Of a stretch of 64,000 nt of DNA, positions 46,659 to 54,546 are shown piece after piece; within the stretch, counting starts at the first letter, position 1; every line of letters starts with the position of its first letter. Both the position numbers and the translations under genes were made by a program. This stretch comes from a virus. Location: positions 1 through 64,000 of IMG/VR virus record IMGVR_UViG_3300036985_006248; one strand, written 5' to 3'. The notes beneath the pieces were generated by a model. That model ran no database searches. It was not told the DNA's origin and saw only the letters and a list, made by a program, of their open reading frames with translations.

Positions 46659-47381
46659 CTAGGGGTCATGGACCGGAAAGACAGCTTGGTTAATGAAGAT
46701 CTTATTATATCCCATTTCTCGCAGATCTTCACACAAAACAGCGGTGTCACAATCGTATTTCTGGAATCTCTTATTATAAGCGTTGAACTTCAGTCCCTTT
46801 TGAAATGGCTCCATATTGTATAAGCAAACTCCGTTGGCTGTTGTCCAGAATTCTCTTATCGGATTGGTCTTAAAGTCTGGGAAAGCATCGCCCCATTGGT
46901 CTTGATTATCTCTACGCATTCCCCATTTATCATAGGCTACGTTACCCATAATCAATAAACCTGAATAAGCGTCAGGTTTAAAATCCAAATCGGAGCGGGT
47001 AATAATTCTCCTAATCATTTCAGGCGTATAAACAATGTCAGGCTCGATAATTAGGAGCCAATCATACTCGTTTAAATTGACACCCTCAAAAGTCTTATTG
47101 CGAGCGTTGGCATAATTAATCACTCTCTGATCGTGAATAATTGATCCATAATACTGAGTTTGAATGTCTTCGGATTTGATGTAAGACTTGACGAAATGGC
47201 TATAATCGGCGTTTTTCAATATCTGCTTCGAATCGTCGGTGGAATCATTCTCATAAATTGAAATAGAGAATTCAAAAGAATCAGACAACGCAGTTACAAA
47301 CTCTTTTATTTGTTTGAAATAATTCTCTAGTTTTAAACCCCTGTTTCTAACTATCGTACTTATTAAAACTTTCTCTTTCAT
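46659..47381 (-). CDS. Glycosyltransferase (GT-A fold)
   Basis: YENDSTDDS, A.ARNK, IIEPD; start moved to MKEKVLIS. Confidence 0.7.
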   Translation of the reverse strand: MKEKVLISTIVRNRGLKLENYFKQIKEFVTALSDSFEFSISIYENDSTDDSKQILKNADYSHFVKSYIKSEDIQTQYYGSIIHDQRVINYANARNKTFEGVNLNEYDWLLIIEPDIVYTPEMIRRIITRSDLDFKPDAYSGLLIMGNVAYDKWGMRRDNQDQWGDAFPDFKTNPIREFWTTANGVCLYNMEPFQKGLKFNAYNKRFQKYDCDTAVLCEDLREMGYNKIFINQAVFPVHDP

Positions 47382-47388
47382 AATTTTC

Positions 47389-48558
47389 CTATTCGAAGTA
47401 TTTGACCAACTTATCAAAGATGCTCTTATCATTTAAGTATTTTTGTGTGAAAAGTTTATTTCTCTCACCCATTTCAATTAATTTTAGAGGAGACTCCTTC
47501 CACATATTGTAGGCTGAACGCAAATGGCGTCGTAAATCATATATATCGGTTTCGATAAAGTTCATGTCAACGGAAGAGTAGAAAGGAAAAGACATGTTTT
47601 CCACTGGCTTATATGACGTCTTAACCATAAAAGAAGACTGCTTGTCCAATAAGTCCGCATGACCTCCTGTGTCGGGGGCAATACATGGTATACCGTATAA
47701 AGCCGCATCAGCCATGGTTAGCCCAAAACCCTCACCTCTAGTGGCTAAACAGAATACGTCAGCTCGTTTGTAACACTCTAATAATTCTTCTTCAGAAACT
47801 ATCCCAGTTAAAATCTCTAATTTACATTTTGGGGATTGGTTATAATGTCCAACACTATTTTTATAGCTAACTGCCTCAGACACAATTAAATTTCTTTGTT
47901 CCACTTCATCCGAACCCGCTTGTGCTTCTGCTCTGTATGTTTTAATGAATAACTTGACGTCTTCTTGATTAAAAAACTCTTGATAAAAAGCCTTAATCAA
48001 TATATCAAAACCTTTACGATATTGCCACTGAGACATTGAAAATATCGTAAAGATTGAATTGATATTTTTCTTTATATTTTGATTATATTTTGGAACTGGT
48101 ATTACTACACTAGGAGACATGCTGTCTTTATCGTAAGTTTTTTTGTTCCAATTACATGCAAGAATTAATTGGTCGTATACTCCAGAAGAAAAGATTTCTC
48201 TCCATTCAGCAGGAAGCCTGTCTGATTCCCAGTATGATAAATTGATTCTCTTCTTAGCATTATTATAGAGGGGGGCTATGGAAGCATGACGATAAAAGGA
48301 TGGGATTAAATGCAATAATATAATATAATCTTTATCTTCTATAAATGCATTTAGTTTTTCGTCATCAATGAGATATTTGCTTAATAACTCATTTTCTTCT
48401 TTAGAAGCATAATTTTGTTTTTCATAAGATATCCAAGCGGCTTTTAAATCATATTTTGAATGATCTAAATATTTGTCCAGCGTACTTAGATACTTTCTAG
48501 CGGCATTACCATATCCGCTAGCATCAGTAAACAAACCCGCATAAAGAATCTTTTTCAT
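47389..48558 (-). CDS. Glycosyltransferase family 4
   Basis: SGYG, RKGFDILIKAF, RGEGFGL..ADA. Confidence 0.9.
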   Translation of the reverse strand: MKKILYAGLFTDASGYGNAARKYLSTLDKYLDHSKYDLKAAWISYEKQNYASKEENELLSKYLIDDEKLNAFIEDKDYIILLHLIPSFYRHASIAPLYNNAKKRINLSYWESDRLPAEWREIFSSGVYDQLILACNWNKKTYDKDSMSPSVVIPVPKYNQNIKKNINSIFTIFSMSQWQYRKGFDILIKAFYQEFFNQEDVKLFIKTYRAEAQAGSDEVEQRNLIVSEAVSYKNSVGHYNQSPKCKLEILTGIVSEEELLECYKRADVFCLATRGEGFGLTMADAALYGIPCIAPDTGGHADLLDKQSSFMVKTSYKPVENMSFPFYSSVDMNFIETDIYDLRRHLRSAYNMWKESPLKLIEMGERNKLFTQKYLNDKSIFDKLVKYFE

Positions 48559-48559
48559 A

Positions 48560-49759
48560 TTAGATTATAATCAGATTTCCGTGTCCGTTTTTTAATAAAT
48601 CAGCAGCTTCTATAAAAGAGGTTAATAGACTTTGTTCATTCATCATTTTCTTAACATGCGGAGCTAACTTCTTTGCTTGTGACTTAAAACGCCCATAATC
48701 CTTATATACTTCACGAAGCTTTTCCTTGTAGCTGTTCATTAACGGATAAGCCCAACTGGTGCCTTCTTCTAATACACCCTTCCAAACATGTTCTTTGGCG
48801 ATAGGTTTTAATTCATAGTCAATCTTGCCAAACATACGCTTGCCATCCATATAGAGGAAATCAACGTGTCCGCTCCAATCGGTGGCAACAACAGGCAATT
48901 CATTTGCAGCAGCTTCCATTAACGGGAGCCCATAACCCTCTCCATGTGTCGTAGAAACGATTGCTTTAATCTTTGGGTGAACGTATAGGGATTCTATTTC
49001 CCCTTCGCTCATATGCCCGTGCAGAAGGGTTACACTGCATTTTCTATTAGGGAAGTTACTCAATAAACCCTCTAGACGCTTTTTAGTGAAGGTTCTATCC
49101 ATAATAGAATCGTTTGCAGTATTAATTTTTAATAAAAGCCCAACTTCTTCACTACGGAATTCTTCTAAAAACCCAATAATTGTTTGGTCTAGATTCTTTC
49201 TCGGACCCCATTGGCATATAGCTAGAAAGTTAAAATCGTGTTTTAGCGATAACTCTAAAGACTTTTTTTCAACATTCTTGTATGGTAAATGTACTACCTC
49301 AACAGGTACCGTCACCTTGAACTGCTTTCCTTCATTATTTCCAAAAACTGTATTCACAAAACTATTTTTTGCATGTTCACTGATAACAATAATTTTATCC
49401 ATTTGTTGGCTAGGCTCAAGCCACGCTGGGCTGATAAAATTTGTTTCTATGCCCGCCGTATAGCCAATATTTATTGGTGCCATCTTCTTCCATTCGTTTG
49501 GAATAGATATTTGTATTGCTACATCAAATTGTGGATTATTACCAGAACTTTGAGCATATGTTTGTGTCTTCGCGGCTAGATTATCGATAAGAGTACGTTC
49601 TTCATTAACTTCAAATAGGTTACCGGTGTTACCCCAAGCAGTTGGCAAAAGATACAAGTCTATGTCTTGTTTATCTTTTAATGAGCGTAATGCAAAACGT
49701 GCCATTTCTCCATACCCGCTGCGGCTTAATAATGGACCACTGATCAAGATTTTTTTCAT
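48560..49759 (-). CDS. Glycosyltransferase family 4
   Basis: SRSGYG, RKN, HGEGYGLPLMEAA, WSGHVDFL. Confidence 0.9.
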   Translation of the reverse strand: MKKILISGPLLSRSGYGEMARFALRSLKDKQDIDLYLLPTAWGNTGNLFEVNEERTLIDNLAAKTQTYAQSSGNNPQFDVAIQISIPNEWKKMAPINIGYTAGIETNFISPAWLEPSQQMDKIIVISEHAKNSFVNTVFGNNEGKQFKVTVPVEVVHLPYKNVEKKSLELSLKHDFNFLAICQWGPRKNLDQTIIGFLEEFRSEEVGLLLKINTANDSIMDRTFTKKRLEGLLSNFPNRKCSVTLLHGHMSEGEIESLYVHPKIKAIVSTTHGEGYGLPLMEAAANELPVVATDWSGHVDFLYMDGKRMFGKIDYELKPIAKEHVWKGVLEEGTSWAYPLMNSYKEKLREVYKDYGRFKSQAKKLAPHVKKMMNEQSLLTSFIEAADLLKNGHGNLIII

Positions 49760-49760
49760 T

Positions 49761-51252
49761 TTAGTATTCCTTTACTTCCCAATTCTTATATTTTTTTCGT
49801 GTCTCCCAAGAGCCGTACTTCTCATGGAATTCAGTAAAGATTGTAACCCAAGACTTCTGGAATTGTTCAAAGCCAAAGTTCTTTTGAACATTGTCATATC
49901 CTTTACGACCAACAGCCTTACGTTCTGTTCTTGTCATATTATGTATCTTTTCAAGAGCAGCTATGAAATCTTCCTTTGAAATACGGTCTTCATAGATATA
50001 TGGTACTTCTTGTGAACCAATTATTGCTCGGCTAGCAGGCTCAATTAAGACACCATATGTATCAACCCCATCGGTTAGTTGGTCTTGCATACCGCCTGTC
50101 TTTGTGGCAATAACTGGCGTTCCGCAAGCTAGGCTCTCCAATACCGAGAGTCCGAAGCCTTCTGCATCGCTGATATTTATCGTGCAGTCAGCGGCGTTAT
50201 AAAATTTAGCCATTTCTGCTGCTGGTACTTTTCCTGCTGAAATAGCAAAGTTTTCTTTAGTTAAACCAAGTTCTTCCGCGATGGCAATTAGATCTTGACC
50301 ATTTTGATCTTTTGGGTCAGTATGCATTAGGAGAAGCGCCTTGTCATGTCCTACCTTGTCCAAGAATTCTTTATACCACCACATGACAGTTCCGCTCATC
50401 TTACGGCGTGCATTACGGTTTGTCCAAAAAAACATTGTTTTATCTTTTGGTTGTAAGTGCGTGAACTGACTTTCATCAAGAATCTTAAATAAGTCTGGGC
50501 TGACCGCGTGTGGAACATACTGTTCTTCGACTTCTGGGGCTACAGTTTGCACAATGTCGCTTGTAAGCTTTGAAATAGAACATATCTTATCATTTGAAAG
50601 ATAGAATTGACGATTGAACTTTGGATAAGGATAGTTATCCCATACGTGATAATATAGAATAGGAACATTAGGACGAATCTCTTGCTCCATCTGCCATAGC
50701 CAAGTATAAAAACGAGGATCTGTCATCATCCAGATGATATCGGGCTTCTCTTTCACCAATAGATTTCTGATTAGCTCCGGTGTACCATACCCATCAACTG
50801 GAATGATAATAAAGTCGTCACCATACTCTTGGAATTTAATTGGTCTGTAGTCTTGATGCTTAATAGCACCACCCAAAGAAATTATTTTAAAATTACCAGT
50901 TTTCATCAGGGCTTGAAAGATGTAGTTACACTGAGTACCTACGCCGCTCGGTGATACTTTGATGGACTATATCATCACTTTAAAAGTGTTGGGCGCTGTC
51001 GGATCATTGCCATACAATATTATTGTTTAGGCTAACCGTAGTCTCTGAACCTTCGCCATCTTTTCAGAACAGGCGCTAGGCTGCTGATTGTTCTTAACTA
51101 CTCTTTTTTAACATTCGCGTTTGTCGTTTCCAACTGCGCTGTAGTGAGTAGTTTTACAGAAGTTTCCAGCAATTCACCCAATTTTATATCCGCTATTACC
51201 GAGTGGTTAACGGATGGTCACCTAGAGTTAATATTTTTATCTTTTTCTTCAT
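49761..51252 (-). CDS. Glycosyltransferase family 4, two exons: 51252..51210 and 50956..49761
   Basis: Splicing restores MKKKIKILTLGDHPL-SPSGVGTQCNYIFQALMKTG...; AAGGAG RBS before 51252; RNARRK and EGFGLSVLESLACGTP motifs. Confidence 0.9.
50957..51209 (-). ncRNA. Group I intron (253 nt, no internal ORF)
   Basis: 5' exon ends in U, with P1 AUCCGU/GCGGAU; core GAAUUGCUGGAAAC, AAUCAGCAGCC, GUUCAGAGACUA, GAUAUAGUCC; terminal G; P10 CUCGGUAAUA pairs 9/10 with exon 2 UAUCACCGAG. Confidence 0.93.
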
Positions 51253-51454
51253 TTAACAGCTCCTTTAGTATCGCTTCTTTGTCTTGATTATAGTCGAATT
51301 CCCAAACTATTTTAATATGAAAATTCTGTGTTCTTAAAAAGTCTATTCTTTGCTTGTCTTGTTCCCAAACCTGTTTAGCTAATAATTTCTTCTTTTTATT
51401 GAGCGAATCTTCTTTATAAAATCTGGGATCTGCATGCCAATATGTACCATTAAT
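51218..51454 (-). pseudogene. C-terminal remnant of a Vsr-like/EDxHD-type homing endonuclease
   Basis: INGTYWHADPRFY...VWEQDKQRIDFL...IVWEFD; no start codon, TAA just upstream. Confidence 0.75.
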
Positions 51455-51478
51455 CAGCGGTTAGCGGGTGAAGACCCT

Positions 51479-52468
51479 CTATCTGACATTTAAAGTTTCC
51501 TTTTGTAAATCCGAGTTATACATTATGGTTGCTAATTCTTTGGCGTCTATCTTTGCTTCCCAGCCTAAGATTCGCTTTGCCTTAGAAGCATCAGCTAATA
51601 GTAATGGCACGTCACTGGGGCGTTTAAAGCTGTCATCAATGACAACGTGCTGGAATAGATCAAACCCGGCTGCTTCAGAAACAAATGTAATAAAATCTCT
51701 TATTGTATTTGTCTTACCAGTTCCTAAAACATAATCATCGGGTATTCTATGTTGCATCATCATCCACATTCCTTCGACGTATTCTTTCGCATATCCCCAA
51801 TCCCGGCATGCATCTAGGTTTCCAAGACGCAATTCTTTTTCAAGTCCTAACTTAATTCTTGCAGCAGTTTTGGTAATCTTTCTAGTAACAAATTGCTCTC
51901 CTCTTCTCGGAGATTCGTGATTAAAGAGAATACCAGAACATAGAAAGAGATTATAAGCTTTACGATAGTTTATTACCAAGTTGTGTGCAGCTACTTTGGC
52001 GCACCCATAAGGCGAAACAGGAGAGAGAATCGTTTGTTCGTTTTGTGGTGCGTTACCATTATCTCCGAACATTTCACTAGTAGATGCTTGATAAAACTTT
52101 GTTTCTGGAGACAGGTTTCTAATCGCTTCTAAGCAATTCAAAACTCCAGCAGCGTTTATTTCCAGCGTGCTTTCTGGAGTGGTAAAAGAAGCTCCAACGT
52201 GGCTTTGTGCTCCGAGGTTATAGAATTCATCGGGCTTGTGCGTCTTTACAAGTCTCCATATAGAGGATGCATCTGTCAAATCTGCATTTTCTAAAACTAG
52301 ATTTTTGTTGGTTAGTAAGTGTTCAATGTTGAAATACTTCTTATCTTCCATCGAACTTCGTCTTACCATACCTATAACTTTATAGCCTTTTTCTAATAGA
52401 AATTCAGCAAGAAAACTTCCATCCTGCCCCGTAATTCCCGATATGATACTATTTTTTTGCTTAACCAT
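51479..52468 (-). CDS. gmd: GDP-mannose 4,6-dehydratase
   Basis: ISGITGQDGSFLAEFLL, YNLGAQSHV, YQASTSEMFG, SPYGCAK, LFNHESPRRG, GNLDACRDWG. Confidence 0.96.
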   Translation of the reverse strand: MVKQKNSIISGITGQDGSFLAEFLLEKGYKVIGMVRRSSMEDKKYFNIEHLLTNKNLVLENADLTDASSIWRLVKTHKPDEFYNLGAQSHVGASFTTPESTLEINAAGVLNCLEAIRNLSPETKFYQASTSEMFGDNGNAPQNEQTILSPVSPYGCAKVAAHNLVINYRKAYNLFLCSGILFNHESPRRGEQFVTRKITKTAARIKLGLEKELRLGNLDACRDWGYAKEYVEGMWMMMQHRIPDDYVLGTGKTNTIRDFITFVSEAAGFDLFQHVVIDDSFKRPSDVPLLLADASKAKRILGWEAKIDAKELATIMYNSDLQKETLNVR

Positions 52469-52515
52469 AAATTTTCTCTTTCTCAGTATTAAAAAAAGCC
52501 ATCCAAGTGTCTCTA

Positions 52516-52725
52516 TTAAAATTTGTTTTTGCCTGTATTTCTTTCACTTAAATTTTGTTTGAATTCTTCAGAACGTTTTCTTCCTTTGTTATTAATACCA
52601 GTATAGGAGGACGAACAAGCCTGATTACAGAATCTTTTTGCAAAATCGCGCTTATTTGTTTGTTTGACAGTAAAATCTTTGTTACAGAATTCACATATTT
52701 TTGTAGAATAAATGGCTTTTCTCAT
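52516..52725 (-). pseudogene. N-terminal remnant of a homing endonuclease (Zn finger + NUMOD3)
   Basis: CEFC.K.F...RFCNQAC; KGRKRSEEFKQNLS; truncated at 69 aa. Confidence 0.7.
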
Positions 52726-52773
52726 TTTATTTTCTTATATTATATCGATAATAAATGTAGTGACCGTCCAGTT

Positions 52774-52811
52774 TCCTGCCCCGTAATTCCTGATATGACG
52801 GCTGTCTTCAT
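52774..52811 (-). pseudogene. Orphaned original gmd 5' end (MKTAVISGITGQ)
   Basis: ATG overlaps the upstream stop (ATGA); 52774-52798 repeats 52422-52446 with 24/25 identity. Confidence 0.85.
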
Positions 52812-53575
52812 GGACAATCCTTGGTTTTATTAAATTCGCAATATTTACAGCTTAATCGATTCTTAGGGAAGAAATTTTTATCGATATTGTATAACGCTTT
52901 TGTCATAAGGTTAAGCGCATTCTGCGTTTTCTTGTCACCGCTAGTTACGCGGAAAATCTCTACATTATCTTTTTTAGCAGTACGCTTAAGCAAGGCAAAA
53001 TGTGTTTCAATAGTGTCAGGATTTATACTGTGCTTTTGAGCGTAAAAGTATTTGTAGAACGTTAGTTGATAAGTCGTCATCGCATCGCTCTTCTTTTTTG
53101 CATCCCAACCCCAAGCACAACTTTTCCAATCAAGAATATGAATTTTTCCATCATCGGTCTTAATAACTAAGTCGATAAAACCTTTGAAGCTCCACTCAGG
53201 AATGGCTCCAATCTTTTCATAGATGTCTTCCTCGGCTGCAAGTATGGTGAAGTTACCAAAAATGTTCTTAAGGGCAGGCAGGGCCATTGGAGCCAGTGTT
53301 TTACCTTGCTCCTTCATCTCAGTAATCATCTTTTGGTTAACTGATACTTCGGCAGGAATTTTTCCAAGTTCCAAATCAAAACATTCAGAAAAAATCTTTA
53401 CTTCATCTTCAGAGTTATTTAAGAGCTTTTTCTCACACGCCTCATGGAGCGCGGAGCCAAATGCTGTGTATTCATTACCTGTAAACTTTTTAATATTATC
53501 CACATAAGACAGTTTATATCTATAGGGACAATCATTCCACAACTTTAATGCAGAAAAAGAAATATGCTTAGACAT
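52808..53575 (-). CDS. PD-(D/E)XK (RecB/Cas4-like) nuclease
   Basis: ISFSAL..W..CP, FGSALHE, FKGFIDLV..ILDWKS, QL.FY, C..C.F...CP. Confidence 0.88.
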   Translation of the reverse strand: MSKHISFSALKLWNDCPYRYKLSYVDNIKKFTGNEYTAFGSALHEACEKKLLNNSEDEVKIFSECFDLELGKIPAEVSVNQKMITEMKEQGKTLAPMALPALKNIFGNFTILAAEEDIYEKIGAIPEWSFKGFIDLVIKTDDGKIHILDWKSCAWGWDAKKKSDAMTTYQLTFYKYFYAQKHSINPDTIETHFALLKRTAKKDNVEIFRVTSGDKKTQNALNLMTKALYNIDKNFFPKNRLSCKYCEFNKTKDCP

Positions 53576-53608
53576 GTTTATACCTTCACTTTCTACATGA
53601 ATTATAAA

Positions 53609-54295
53609 CTAGTCTTCCATTTTTGTCAAGGAGTTTATTTTAAAGTAAAGTCTAGGAGATATAGACCTTAAATATTTTGGATTTTCATCTACAAAATAAT
53701 GTTCAAATCCATTAGCGAAGTATTCTTTTATTGAGGTTGCGGCATAAGACGATATGAATAACTTTGAGGTTAATTGAGCTAATACGTCGTAGCCTACCGT
53801 TTTATATAAAAAATCATCAAACGTTTTGTTGTAATCAAGTTGGACATATAAGCGTGGATCACAATATAATTTCTGCTGTTCTAAAATATCTCTTAGCAAC
53901 TTACGCTTTGATATGAATTCCTCTATAATTTCTTGATCGCCATACACTTCTCTGCCATAGGAGTTTTCTACGCTATGCGCCAACTCATGAATTATAGAAT
54001 TCAAAACTGCATCTTCATCAACTATTAAGCTTGAGAGGAAGATAGCCCCGTTCATATATGCTGATTCGACATTTCTAGATTTAAGTTGTGGAAACTCACC
54101 AATATAGATAATGTCTAGTTCTTTTGCTAAGTTTTGTGGAATTCTATTCTCTATAGTTCTAAAAACTTTGTCTAGGTCTATTTCTTGTTGTAACTTGTCT
54201 TTAATAACAACTTGGACTTCGCCAAAGAGAGTGTGTTCTTTTAACGCACTTTGTGCTTTTTTAACAGATTGCTTTATATGATTTTGACTACCCAT
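53609..54295 (-). CDS. Putative zinc metallopeptidase-like protein
   Basis: IIHELAH and EYFANGFE (HExxH...E). Confidence 0.6.
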   Translation of the reverse strand: MGSQNHIKQSVKKAQSALKEHTLFGEVQVVIKDKLQQEIDLDKVFRTIENRIPQNLAKELDIIYIGEFPQLKSRNVESAYMNGAIFLSSLIVDEDAVLNSIIHELAHSVENSYGREVYGDQEIIEEFISKRKLLRDILEQQKLYCDPRLYVQLDYNKTFDDFLYKTVGYDVLAQLTSKLFISSYAATSIKEYFANGFEHYFVDENPKYLRSISPRLYFKINSLTKMED

Positions 54296-54297
54296 TT

Positions 54298-54546
54298 TTA
54301 TTTTTTTGTTTGTGGAGAAGATTCTAAATCTGTTACTGCTTGTTGATACCCACGCATAAAATTCTCTTCTGCAATTAACATAAGAAATTCTGGGAATTCT
54401 TTTAACATCTGTTCCACAATCAGAAGCACAGTTACATTACCATCTTTTGGTTGTCGGGTTTCCCCAACATAATTAACTAACCATTCCTTCATCGGGTTAT
54501 CTTTAGATACTACTTCTGATTGTGGACTTTCCATTTTTGTCATCAT
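54298..54546 (-). CDS. Conserved phage hypothetical protein
   Basis: 82 aa; EFPEFL..IAEENF.RGYQQA. Confidence 0.7.
   Translation of the reverse strand: MMTKMESPQSEVVSKDNPMKEWLVNYVGETRQPKDGNVTVLLIVEQMLKEFPEFLMLIAEENFMRGYQQAVTDLESSPQTKK

Noticed and set aside
52422-52811. Intron or translational bypass joining the orphan gmd start to gmd
   Set aside because: No group I or II core in the 352-bp interval, and the downstream copy has its own in-frame ATG.
52808-53575. Cas4 / CRISPR-Cas system
   Set aside because: No repeat-spacer array or other cas genes were seen; solo RecB/Cas4-like nucleases are common in phages.
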